Source of the DNA: Bacteroidota bacterium
GTDB lineage: Bacteria > Bacteroidota > Bacteroidia > Bacteroidales > FEN-979
NCBI GenBank assembly: GCA_026391715.1
Contig: JAPLDO010000078.1
Coordinates: forward strand, 60,214-124,213
Direction: 5' to 3'
DNA length: 64,000 bases
Below are positions 9,954 through 18,911 of this stretch, piece by piece. Each line of letters begins with the position of its first letter. Within the stretch, counting starts at the first letter, position 1. The notes under the pieces are model-generated. The model was not told where the DNA came from, searched no databases, and worked only from the letters and a program-made list of their open reading frames with translations. The position numbers and the translations under genes were made by a program.

Positions 9954-12900
9954 CTAAGGTAAATCAGAGCGCGTTTTCTGGTACGGAATATCCTCTCCAA
10001 CCAGTTTATGCCATTCCTCGATAGTCATATTCCGTTTCAGCGTCATTTTCAATTTTTCAGCCATATCGCCGTTTTCAGTGGAAAATATTCTGATGGTTTT
10101 ATCGGCGCTGCTTGAGATAATATGTTTGTTGTCGGGAGTGTAAATAATATCATAAACCCACAGGTCATTTTTATCAATTGAAATTGGTTTTACTTCGAGG
10201 GATGGAAATCCTGCAATTTTAATTGACCAGTCAAAACTACAGGAAGCAAGTTCATCGTCCATAGCTTTGAATGTTAATCCGGTAACGCCCGAAACATGCC
10301 GTCCAATGATTTCATGTGGTGCGCTGCCGGGCATTGCAGGGTTGCATATTTGTATTGATCCGTCAGAACATCCTGCTGCAAGCGCTTTTCCATTATTGGC
10401 GTAAGCGAGAGATAAAACAGGGCTGTTAAAAGTGAAACGAATGGCAGGGGAGCTGATATAACCATTGATTCCTATAATTTTTACAATGCCGGAGATGGTT
10501 CCGTAAGCAATGTTTTTGCCATCGGGACTGAATGCAAGGCAATGTATGGTTACGGCGTTGGAATCGAGCAGTTGTTTTGTAAAAGTCCCATTGTTGTATC
10601 TCCACAGAAAAAGAAGCCCGTCGGAACCGCATGATGCAAACTGCTCAAGCGATGGGTGGATAGCGATGCCGTTGATTATCGAACTATGACCGGTTAATGC
10701 CGAAGGCAAAGGTTTGCCAGTATTCCGGTTCCAAAGCAGCAGTTTGCCGCTGACTGTACCGCAAATCACCCATTGTTCGTCATGCGAAATGCCTATTGCC
10801 CGCAAAGGTTCGTTTTCATGTTTCATCAGTTCGATCCTCACTGGCGCCAATAAAGGATTATCCAAATCCCACATCAGAGCTTTCCCATCATCGCTGCACG
10901 AAAACAGAGATTTCCCATTTTTCGTAATGGCAATAGCGCGAACGGCATCCTCGTGACCACGCATTACTGTTTCATCTTTCGAAATTGCCGATAATGAGTA
11001 ATAGATTGCCGGATCGGTATCAATTCCGCCATTTGCAGCATTTAATTCGAAGGCAGTCACAGCAAGTAAAGCCGGAAGGTCATCTTTTACCGTGTTAAAC
11101 AACTGACCTGCCTGAATTGCCATTGACCGTGAGATGGCGAGCAGCCTGAGCCGCTGTGTTTTCTTTTCAGATTCTTCGGCTTTGATACGTTCTTTATCGG
11201 CAATTTGTTTTTGTGTTACAGCCTCTTTTCGTTGCGATTGCGCCTCATCTCTTGCAACGAGGGCTTCCTTTTTCGACTGGTCGGCTTGCTTTCGCTGGTC
11301 AACGGCGACTGTGGTTTGCTCCTGCGCAATAATCTGTTGTTTCACGGCATATTGCCGCTGTTGCTCAGTGATCATCTCCTGTTGTTCGGCGATTTGCTGC
11401 TGTTGTTCTGAAATTTTTTTCTGCAGGATAGCCTCTTTGCGCTGCTCTTCGGTTCGTTTTGATTCAGAAACAGCCAGCTTTTCTTTCTCCAGCGCCTCTT
11501 TCCTACTGGCTTCCGCTTTAAATCGCAGGTTAAGGGAAATGATGAGAAACAGGATTGAAATAATGGAGGCGAACCCAAGAATGATAGCCGAATTGCGCGC
11601 CGTTTTCAGGTTTCGTTTCTGTTGTTTGTCTTTTTTTGATAATTCGAATTCGTGTTGTTTTTTACTGTAATCGAGGAAGGTCATTGCCCGGTCAAATGCC
11701 GGGTCGTAACGCATAGCCCAGGTTGCGTTTGGTTTCGATTGATCTTTCCATTGCAGAGCCAGTTGAAGTTCGGGATTGACCCACAAACCTGTTTTTCCGT
11801 CCTGGTATAGTTCAGCCGATTTGGAAAGTCGGAGGTAAAGTTGAGCTGCCTGGCTCTCTTCTTCAACCCATTTATTTAACCGTATCCAAATCCGCATAAT
11901 ACTCTCATGCGAAATATCAATTGTTGAATCGGCATTGAGCGCAACCTGCGATGAAGGCATCAGAAAAGCGCAACCCGATTTTCTGAAACTATCAATAATC
12001 CGAATCATCTCCTCCTCCCGCGCATTGGCGAGAGTGCATATTTCGCTGAGTTGAGTAGGTCGTCGGGTTCCGCGGCTCTCTTTGGTGATGTCGGTAAGCG
12101 CTTTAAATAATTTTTCGGCGATGGATTTGTTTTTATGGTCTTTCAATTCGGCATAAATCTCTTCGAGATGAACCGAAAGCGCTTCCTTCATTGTGCCAAT
12201 CGCAGTGTAATGTTCCATTCCTATTGGCTGATTTCCAGCCCGGTTCATTATCCAGAAGTTATATGTCCTCATCAAAGCGTGCTGCATGATTGGAAGCTGG
12301 TCGGGGTCGTCGCCAACATCATCAAGCAACCGTTGAACTAGCTCTTCGGAAATTGTCCCGCCATTTCCGGTAATGGGACCTGTTATCGCCAGTCGGCGTT
12401 CCGTGTTGTTCATTCTCGGCACGAGATAATAGCCTTTATTGATCAACTCGCTCAGTCCTCTGAATTCGGTACATTCATCGAGGAAATCGGTGCGCATTGA
12501 AATGACGACATAAATTGGAATTTCAGATTGAGAAACTGCTGTAATAATTAATTCAATAAAGGCTGAAGATTCAAGAATTGTATGAAAGGACGTCCTGCTT
12601 TTTTTAAACCTGAATAACTCTTCAAACTGGTCAATAACAATCAGGTTTGCCTGCCCCGGTAAATTCGATTTCTGTAAAACGCTGATAAGTCCGTCTGTCC
12701 CTTTTCTTAATTCAGTTGCCAGAGTTTCTGCTGATGCTTGGGCGTCGGCGAGGGCGTTGGCAAGGTTTCCAATCGGGTCGTCGGCAGGACGGAAAATGGT
12801 CAGTTTCCACGATGTGGGAAGATTCCCGGAGGTATTTTTCAGCAACGTTGGAATTAGTCCCGCTTTTATGAGCGATGATTTTCCACATCCGGAAGAGCCG

Positions 12901-13043
12901 ACAATAGCGAGAAACCGGGTTTCCGATAATTTGCCGATTAGTTCTCCCACCTGAAATTCCCTGCCAAAGAACAGATGGTCTTCGTTAATTTCATAACTCC
13001 GGATACCTGGAAATGGATTTTCGTGAAGAAGTAGTGGCGTCAT
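9954..13043 (-). CDS. STAND-class P-loop NTPase - TM helix - Q/E/K-rich coiled coil - WD40 propeller protein
   Basis: ORF 9954..13139. I prefer the ATG at 13043 (MTPLLLHENPFPGIRSYEINEDHLFFGRE...) because a TAATTTTG -7 box lies at 13078-13071, inside the longer ORF. Walker A FLAIVGSSGCGKSSLIKAG; Walker B LIVIDQFEELF; TM SAIILGFASIISILFLIISL (about 11527-11594); ~130-aa EQQRK-rich coil. At least 6 WD40-like blades follow (GHEDAVRAIAITKNGKSLFSCSDDGKALMWDL, etc.). Confidence 0.85.
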   Translation of the reverse strand: MTPLLLHENPFPGIRSYEINEDHLFFGREFQVGELIGKLSETRFLAIVGSSGCGKSSLIKAGLIPTLLKNTSGNLPTSWKLTIFRPADDPIGNLANALADAQASAETLATELRKGTDGLISVLQKSNLPGQANLIVIDQFEELFRFKKSRTSFHTILESSAFIELIITAVSQSEIPIYVVISMRTDFLDECTEFRGLSELINKGYYLVPRMNNTERRLAITGPITGNGGTISEELVQRLLDDVGDDPDQLPIMQHALMRTYNFWIMNRAGNQPIGMEHYTAIGTMKEALSVHLEEIYAELKDHKNKSIAEKLFKALTDITKESRGTRRPTQLSEICTLANAREEEMIRIIDSFRKSGCAFLMPSSQVALNADSTIDISHESIMRIWIRLNKWVEEESQAAQLYLRLSKSAELYQDGKTGLWVNPELQLALQWKDQSKPNATWAMRYDPAFDRAMTFLDYSKKQHEFELSKKDKQQKRNLKTARNSAIILGFASIISILFLIISLNLRFKAEASRKEALEKEKLAVSESKRTEEQRKEAILQKKISEQQQQIAEQQEMITEQQRQYAVKQQIIAQEQTTVAVDQRKQADQSKKEALVARDEAQSQRKEAVTQKQIADKERIKAEESEKKTQRLRLLAISRSMAIQAGQLFNTVKDDLPALLAVTAFELNAANGGIDTDPAIYYSLSAISKDETVMRGHEDAVRAIAITKNGKSLFSCSDDGKALMWDLDNPLLAPVRIELMKHENEPLRAIGISHDEQWVICGTVSGKLLLWNRNTGKPLPSALTGHSSIINGIAIHPSLEQFASCGSDGLLFLWRYNNGTFTKQLLDSNAVTIHCLAFSPDGKNIAYGTISGIVKIIGINGYISSPAIRFTFNSPVLSLAYANNGKALAAGCSDGSIQICNPAMPGSAPHEIIGRHVSGVTGLTFKAMDDELASCSFDWSIKIAGFPSLEVKPISIDKNDLWVYDIIYTPDNKHIISSSADKTIRIFSTENGDMAEKLKMTLKRNMTIEEWHKLVGEDIPYQKTRSDLP

Positions 13044-13070
13044 GGATGGATTAAGAAATTGATTATGTAA

Positions 13071-13078
13071 CAAAATTA
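13071..13078 (-). promoter_or_regulatory. Candidate Bacteroidota -7 promoter box (TAATTTTG on minus strand)
   Basis: Plus-strand caaaatta equals minus-strand TAATTTTG and matches the TAnnTTTG consensus. It lies 28 nt upstream of the ATG at 13043. No clear -33 TTTG partner was seen. Confidence 0.4.
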
Positions 13079-13252
13079 TTATAATCAGTGGTATTAATGG
13101 TTTTTTTTTTGCATTTGCAATATTTTGCTCTGGAGCCAAAAGATCAACAAATGTTTGACTGAAATTTTATTACAGCAGAACATGGACACAATGGAAAATC
13201 AGGACGAATCAGCATTTAGCGACCAATTGCGTGAAAGAAACATTCAGAATGT

Positions 13253-13307
13253 GAAATCTGAAATCTGAAATCTGAAATCTGAAATCTGAAATCTGAAATC
13301 TGAAATT
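13253..13307. repeat. Heptanucleotide tandem repeat (GAAATCT)x7 plus a partial copy
   Basis: Read directly: perfect units start at 13253, 13260, 13267, 13274, 13281, 13288 and 13295, then partial gaaatt. Intergenic, about 210-265 nt upstream of the STAND gene start. Confidence 0.95.
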
Positions 13308-13407
13308 ACCTTCCCTCCCAGAAATTCATATTGATCCCTTTTATTAGTGTGCTGATATTAAAACCGCGACAAAGTAGTTTGCGGTCGGGACGGGAGCGAT
13401 GACATTG

Positions 13408-14445
13408 TTATTCAGGCCACCCGGTTTTAATTGTTCCATTTTTTATACCGGATGAAATTCCGTCCATTGCCGATTTAATACTATCGGGAATAAGCGCTTC
13501 AAAATTATGAAACGGAGCAATGCTCACACCGCCATTGCTCAGATTACCGTGCATAACTTTTCCGCCAGGAAAATAAAAATTGTAATATCCGTTCATTGTA
13601 TTATAAACCATTACATCAAGCGCTTTCATGCACGAAGTCAGCAAAACCGGACCAACCGCCGGGATTGAATAAAATTGATCAACATCAACGCCAATAGCCC
13701 ATTTTCCGGCTTCCTTAACCTTATATAATGCGCCGTTCCCGGTTTTTCCGGCGCAGGCAAAAATCACCGAAGCATTTTTTTTCAACAGGCTGTCAGCCAA
13801 CCTTGCGCCTTGAAGCGTATCGGAAAAGGAGGTGGCAAAAGCCCCAATTGTTTTCACATTCTTTTTATAAAGATTGTTAAAGTATGTCACCCCATTTGTG
13901 TAACTCACGGTAAATTGCCTGATTTCAGGAATATCAGCGCCTCCGACAAAGCCGGTAACCGGGTTTGAGGAGTTTTGCCTGTATACCCAGTAAGCCGCGA
14001 GAAATCCACAGGGAAACGAGCTCTGATCAACATCGAAAACGGCACAAAGTAAATTTGGAGGCGGCGACGCCATTGAATAATCAATTATCATAAAATCAGT
14101 TCCCGGATTCGCTGCGGCTGCATCAATGGTAGCCTGCGCTGCGCCGAAGCTAACCGTTATTATCAAGTCAAATCTATTTGACAGGAAATAGTTGATTCCA
14201 GAAGAATAATCAGCGGCTGTTTTACATTCATAAGACTGGCATGCCATTGGAAAATCCCTGGCAGCCCGCTGAAATCCTGCTAAAATATTTTGGTTGAACC
14301 CGGCGTCTGAAAACCCTCCCAAACCGCTTACAAGTCCAATTTTCATAACCAGTTGCGGTTCCGGATTAGAATTTTTCAAACATGATGATAAAATAAATGC
14401 AAGCGCCAATATGATGCAGCTTGATACAAAAGAATTTTTTTTCAT
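13408..14445 (-). CDS. BMP-family (PnrA/Med-like) substrate-binding lipoprotein
   Basis: 345 aa. Lipoprotein signal MKKNSFVSSCIILALAFILSSC. IGLVSGLGGFSDAGFNQNILAGFQRAARDF and later ...IFACAGKTGNGALYKVKEAGKWAIGVDVDQ are typical of basic-membrane-protein-type nucleoside/sugar binding proteins. Confidence 0.75.
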   Translation of the reverse strand: MKKNSFVSSCIILALAFILSSCLKNSNPEPQLVMKIGLVSGLGGFSDAGFNQNILAGFQRAARDFPMACQSYECKTAADYSSGINYFLSNRFDLIITVSFGAAQATIDAAAANPGTDFMIIDYSMASPPPNLLCAVFDVDQSSFPCGFLAAYWVYRQNSSNPVTGFVGGADIPEIRQFTVSYTNGVTYFNNLYKKNVKTIGAFATSFSDTLQGARLADSLLKKNASVIFACAGKTGNGALYKVKEAGKWAIGVDVDQFYSIPAVGPVLLTSCMKALDVMVYNTMNGYYNFYFPGGKVMHGNLSNGGVSIAPFHNFEALIPDSIKSAMDGISSGIKNGTIKTGWPE

Positions 14446-14492
14446 AACTTCCAGTATTTAACTCCTGTGGAGTTGGTTATTTCACTATTTTG

Positions 14493-15800
14493 CTATTTAA
14501 TAATTTTTCCACTCAACAATAACAACTCCGTCTCTGTCAGTTTCGCCTTAAATTCAGCGGTGATAAGTCTGGCGCCTGCATCGAGCAGATCATGCTGCAC
14601 CTCTCTTAACTGCAATGACGATATTGAGCCGATCGAGTAACCTTCACGGGCAATGTCCATATTTCTTGCGGCAAGTTGGAGGTTTTCCTGTTCAAATCCA
14701 ACCATCTCCAGTTGATTCCCGTAATCGTTATAAATGCGGGTAAGATATGCTTCGAGTCTGTTTTCCAGTTGTTTTATCTCAATTTCGCTGGTTTGCAGGG
14801 AAATGGCTGCATTTTTATATTGCCTTCGCAGATTAAGCCCGTCAAACAGTTTCATGCTTAATAAAATTCCGAATGAAGGACCAAAGTTCCGGTTGTATTG
14901 AATGAAATTTGCCTCAGTTTCGGAACGTAAATAGTTGTAATTGGCATAGAAATCGAGTGTCGGAAACTGGTCGGCGCGCGCCGCTTTTAATTCCAACTGC
15001 CCAACCTGCCTGTTTCTCGCAGCAAGGATGAGGTTTCTGTTGGCAGTTTTCATTGATTGGCGAAGCGAATCATACTGCAATTTTCCGGAAACCACAATTG
15101 TATCTTTAACTTCAAACTGCGTATTGACGTCTCTCGACAACAGGTCGTTCAGAGTGGTTTTTGAATTTTCAAATACTGTTTTTTGATTGGATAAAGCGGC
15201 AACATCGGCATTAAGCTCCACTCTCGCTTTCAGGTATTCCATCTCCGAACCGGTTCCTGTTTCAAACCGCATCTTTGCAAGTTCAAGCCGGAATTCGGAA
15301 ATTTCAACCTGCTCTGCAAAAATCCGATGAACCCTTTCCTGCCGGATAATATCATAATAATTCCCGATGATCTTTGCCACCGTATTCTCAATGGTAATCT
15401 TCGCGCTCAATTCGCTCATCTCTTCAAGTTTCTTTAATTTATTCCAGGCGATGAACATTTTCATCCCGTCGAATACAGTCCACGTAAGACCAACTCCGGC
15501 GGTAATATTTTCGGAATGAGCGCTTGAATTATCGAGTTCAGATCCGGCTACAACTTTAACTTTTGCATCGCTCAGTCCATTAACATAGCCGGCATTAACG
15601 CTGATTGCTGGTAACATTCCGGCGTTTCCGGGGGAGACGTTGTTTTGTGATATATTCAGCGAATTTTGCGCTATTACGATTTCATAGTTATTTATGAGTC
15701 CAATAGCAACGGCTTTATCGAGGGTTAAAACCTCCTGCCCATTCATCTGGAAGGCGAAAAGCAGCAAAAACAATCCGGTAATCTGTAACGTTTTCATCAA
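14493..15800 (-). CDS. TolC-family outer-membrane efflux protein
   Basis: 435 aa with a signal peptide. Two-fold repeated coiled-coil/beta pattern (LTLDKAVAIGLINNYEI...; LLDAGARLITAEFKAKLTETELLLLSG). 4-nt overlap with the upstream RND gene. Confidence 0.85.
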   Translation of the reverse strand: MMKTLQITGLFLLLFAFQMNGQEVLTLDKAVAIGLINNYEIVIAQNSLNISQNNVSPGNAGMLPAISVNAGYVNGLSDAKVKVVAGSELDNSSAHSENITAGVGLTWTVFDGMKMFIAWNKLKKLEEMSELSAKITIENTVAKIIGNYYDIIRQERVHRIFAEQVEISEFRLELAKMRFETGTGSEMEYLKARVELNADVAALSNQKTVFENSKTTLNDLLSRDVNTQFEVKDTIVVSGKLQYDSLRQSMKTANRNLILAARNRQVGQLELKAARADQFPTLDFYANYNYLRSETEANFIQYNRNFGPSFGILLSMKLFDGLNLRRQYKNAAISLQTSEIEIKQLENRLEAYLTRIYNDYGNQLEMVGFEQENLQLAARNMDIAREGYSIGSISSLQLREVQHDLLDAGARLITAEFKAKLTETELLLLSGKIIK

Positions 15801-18800
15801 CTGATATCTTCGGTCATAATACTTTTCTTCTCCACAGTAAGTTCCGTGTAATCTATTTTATTGGAATTCAGATTCCCCGAAAAGTATGAGTAAATTGCCG
15901 GGACAATATAAAGAGTAAGGAATGTCGAAAAGATCAATCCGCCCACAACGGCTATTCCAAGCGATTGCCGGCTTTCTGCCGAAGCGCCCAGTTTCAGCGC
16001 GATTGGCAGGATGCCCAGAATCATGGCGGATGAGGTCATCAGAATTGGGCGAAAACGCGAAATGGCAGCCCGCTGAACGGCTTCAACTTTATCGAGTCCG
16101 GTTGCTTTCCGCTGGTTTGCAAATTCCACGATAAGGATTCCGTTTTTTGTAACCAGTCCAATCAACATGATAATCCCTATTTCACTGAAGATGTTGAGGG
16201 TTTGGTTAAAATACCATAGCGAAAAAAGGGCGCCGGCAACGGCAAGGGGAACGGTGAAAAGAATAATCAGCGGATCGACAAAACTTTCAAACTGGGCGGC
16301 GAGGATCAGATAGATCAGAACTATTGTCAACAGGAAGATAAAGACGAGACTCGATGAACTTTCGCGGTAATCGCGCGACTGCCCCGCCAGTGCGGTGTTG
16401 AATGTGGCGGGTAAAACCTTTTTCGATACCTCGTCAAGAGCTTTTATTCCATCGCCAAGAGTAGCTCCCGGCGAAAGTCCTGCCGAAACTGTTGCAGAGA
16501 TATAGCGGTTAAATGAGAAAATGGAGGCTGGATTGATGGATTCTTCGGTATGAATAAGGTTGTCGAGCAAAATCAACTCTCCTTTGTTGTTGCGCACATA
16601 CAACGCCTTCAACGCATCAGGACGGTCGCGATCCTGCGGCAAAACCTGTCCGATAATTTCGTATTGCTGACCTTCCATGATAAAATAGCCGTAACGCTGC
16701 CCGCTTATGGTCAACTGCATGGTGCGGGCAACTTCAAGCGTTGAAACGCCTAATTGCGAAGCCTTCTCGCGATCAATAGTGATTCGCAGCTCCGGTTTGT
16801 TCACCTTGAAATTGGCGTCAACAAACTGGAGCGTAGGGATTTTCCTCGCTTCTTCGAGAAACTTTGGCAACACTTCGGTCAGGGCTTTCAGGTTTGGCGC
16901 TAAAAGTACATATTGCAGCGGCTGTCCCGAAAAACGGTCGCCAATGGTAGGCGGTTCAAATGGGAAAGAGCGAATACCGGTAACGCTTTGCAACTCTGTC
17001 GACATTTTTCTGAAAATCTCATGCTGACTTCGCGTTCGTTTTCCCGGATCAACAAGATATACAATCTGTTGTGCCTTATTCGGGTTGTCAATTGTGCCCA
17101 GACTTGGCGAGATCCATGAAAAGGAGACTGAAACTTCGGGAAAAGAATCTGCAATATAACGATCAACCTGCGCCATGTAATTTGTAGTGAATTGATATGT
17201 TGAGCCTTCGGGCGCAAGAGTCGGGATTCGGATGTTTGATCGGTCTTCAAATGGCGCCAACTCCGAATGTAATGATTGGAACATCAATACAATAACGCCA
17301 ATAAGGATTAGAAAAACCGGAAACGCCAGCCATCTACGGTTCATGAATCCTTTCAGGGAATACCGGTAACCACGGTTCAGAGCCAGAAAAAATGGTTCGG
17401 TTTTATTCACCAGCCAGTTGGAATTGAGGTGCCGCTGCACTTTCAGGATGCGCGAACACATCATGGGCGAAAGGGTGAGCGCGACAAAAGCCGAAATAAG
17501 AACAGAACCTGCCACAACAATCGCAAACTCTTTGAAAAGCCGACCAATCAACCCTTGTAAAAACATGACAGGAAGAAAGACTGCCGCCAGAGTGATGGTT
17601 GTGGAAACCACGGCAAAAAGTATCTCCTTCATACCTTTTAGAGCCGCTTCAATGGGATGTATTCCGGTATCAATCTTGGTGTAAATATTTTCAAGTACCA
17701 CGATGGCGTCGTCGCATACCAGACCAATAGCGAGCACAATGGCGAGGAGCGTAAGCACATTGATCGAAAGCCCCATTATTGCCATGATAATAAACGATCC
17801 GATAATAGATACCGGAATAGCGACTACCGGAATAACAGTTGAACGCCAGTCGCGCAGAAAAAGAAAAATGATCAATACCACGAGAATGAGCGATAAAAGG
17901 ATAGTTTGCTGAACCTCTTTGACGGCTTCCCGCTCAAATTTTGTGAAGTCGTAGCCAATCCTTACATCATAATCGGGAGGAATTTCTTTCCGCAGATTAT
18001 CCATTCGTTTGTAAAACTCATTGGCTATGGCAACGTTATTGGCGCCTGTTTGGGGAACAACGCCGATTATGATTACCGGTAGCAGTTCCATCAGCACCGT
18101 TGACCTGTCATTTTCCGGGTAGAGTTCAGCCGCGCCTACGTCGGAGAGGCGGACAATATTCCCCCTGTCCTGCTTAATAATTACGTTGTTGAATTGCTCC
18201 GGCGATTGCATCAAACCGAGAGTACGGATTGTTAATTCCGTCAGATCGCCTTCAACCCTGCCCGATGGAAGCTCAATATTTTCGCGGCTCACCGCCCGTT
18301 CAATATCCACGGAGGTGATTCCGTTTGCCGCCATTTTAAACGGATCGAGCCAAAGCCTCATGGAGTATTTTTTTTCTCCGTAAATTTTAATGTCGCCTAC
18401 CCCGGAAATTGTCTGTAAACGCTCTTTTATTGTATTCTCAACCAGGTCGTTCACCTCCATAATGTTCCTTTTATAACTCCTCACAATCATAAAGATGATC
18501 GCATTTGCATTGGCGCTCAGCTTCTCAACAATCGGAGGATCCACATCCTTTGGCAGCAGTTTTATGGCTTTTGAAACCCGGTCGCGCACATCGTTTGCAG
18601 CCGATTCCATCTCTTTTCCAAGGTTAAACTCAACGGTAATCAGGCTCGATTGATCTGTTGAAACCGAGTTCAGAACTCTGATTCCTTCAATGCCGTTGAT
18701 AGCGTCTTCCAATGGTTCGGTGATCTGTGCCTGGATAATTTCAGGATTTGCCCCCGAATAGGTTGTGGTAACAGTTACAACAGGAGGATCCATCTCCGGG

Positions 18801-18910
18801 TATTCTCTTATTCCAAGATAAAAGAAACCTACCGCCCCGAAAATGAGAATCAGCAGGGTAAATACAATTGAAAGTACCGGCTTTTTTATACTGAGGGAGG
18901 AGAGGCTCAT
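15797..18910 (-). CDS. RND (AcrB/HAE1-type) efflux permease
   Basis: 1037 aa. N-terminus SIKKPVLSIVFTLLILIFGAVGF, 12-TM organisation with two large periplasmic loops, VCDDAIVVLENI and GLVTKNGILIVEFAN motifs. Confidence 0.95.
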   Translation of the reverse strand: MSLSSLSIKKPVLSIVFTLLILIFGAVGFFYLGIREYPEMDPPVVTVTTTYSGANPEIIQAQITEPLEDAINGIEGIRVLNSVSTDQSSLITVEFNLGKEMESAANDVRDRVSKAIKLLPKDVDPPIVEKLSANANAIIFMIVRSYKRNIMEVNDLVENTIKERLQTISGVGDIKIYGEKKYSMRLWLDPFKMAANGITSVDIERAVSRENIELPSGRVEGDLTELTIRTLGLMQSPEQFNNVIIKQDRGNIVRLSDVGAAELYPENDRSTVLMELLPVIIIGVVPQTGANNVAIANEFYKRMDNLRKEIPPDYDVRIGYDFTKFEREAVKEVQQTILLSLILVVLIIFLFLRDWRSTVIPVVAIPVSIIGSFIIMAIMGLSINVLTLLAIVLAIGLVCDDAIVVLENIYTKIDTGIHPIEAALKGMKEILFAVVSTTITLAAVFLPVMFLQGLIGRLFKEFAIVVAGSVLISAFVALTLSPMMCSRILKVQRHLNSNWLVNKTEPFFLALNRGYRYSLKGFMNRRWLAFPVFLILIGVIVLMFQSLHSELAPFEDRSNIRIPTLAPEGSTYQFTTNYMAQVDRYIADSFPEVSVSFSWISPSLGTIDNPNKAQQIVYLVDPGKRTRSQHEIFRKMSTELQSVTGIRSFPFEPPTIGDRFSGQPLQYVLLAPNLKALTEVLPKFLEEARKIPTLQFVDANFKVNKPELRITIDREKASQLGVSTLEVARTMQLTISGQRYGYFIMEGQQYEIIGQVLPQDRDRPDALKALYVRNNKGELILLDNLIHTEESINPASIFSFNRYISATVSAGLSPGATLGDGIKALDEVSKKVLPATFNTALAGQSRDYRESSSSLVFIFLLTIVLIYLILAAQFESFVDPLIILFTVPLAVAGALFSLWYFNQTLNIFSEIGIIMLIGLVTKNGILIVEFANQRKATGLDKVEAVQRAAISRFRPILMTSSAMILGILPIALKLGASAESRQSLGIAVVGGLIFSTFLTLYIVPAIYSYFSGNLNSNKIDYTELTVEKKSIMTEDIS

Positions 18911-18911
18911 G

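Noticed and set aside
11134-11670. 178-aa plus-strand ORF (Cys/Ser-rich) and neighbouring ORFs at 11205..11411 (+) and 11372..11578 (-)
   Set aside because: 11134..11670 and 11205..11411 lie antisense to the low-complexity Q/E/K coiled-coil segment of the STAND protein, and 11372..11578 is an out-of-frame same-strand ORF within it. All three are shadows of biased codon composition, have no motifs, and are fully embedded in a well-supported gene.
13044-13139. 32-aa N-terminal extension of the STAND protein (MAPEQNIANAKKKPLIPLIIIILLHNQFLNPS)
   Set aside because: It is A/T-rich promoter-like DNA containing a TAATTTTG -7 box. The downstream ATG gives the conserved entry into the NTPase domain.
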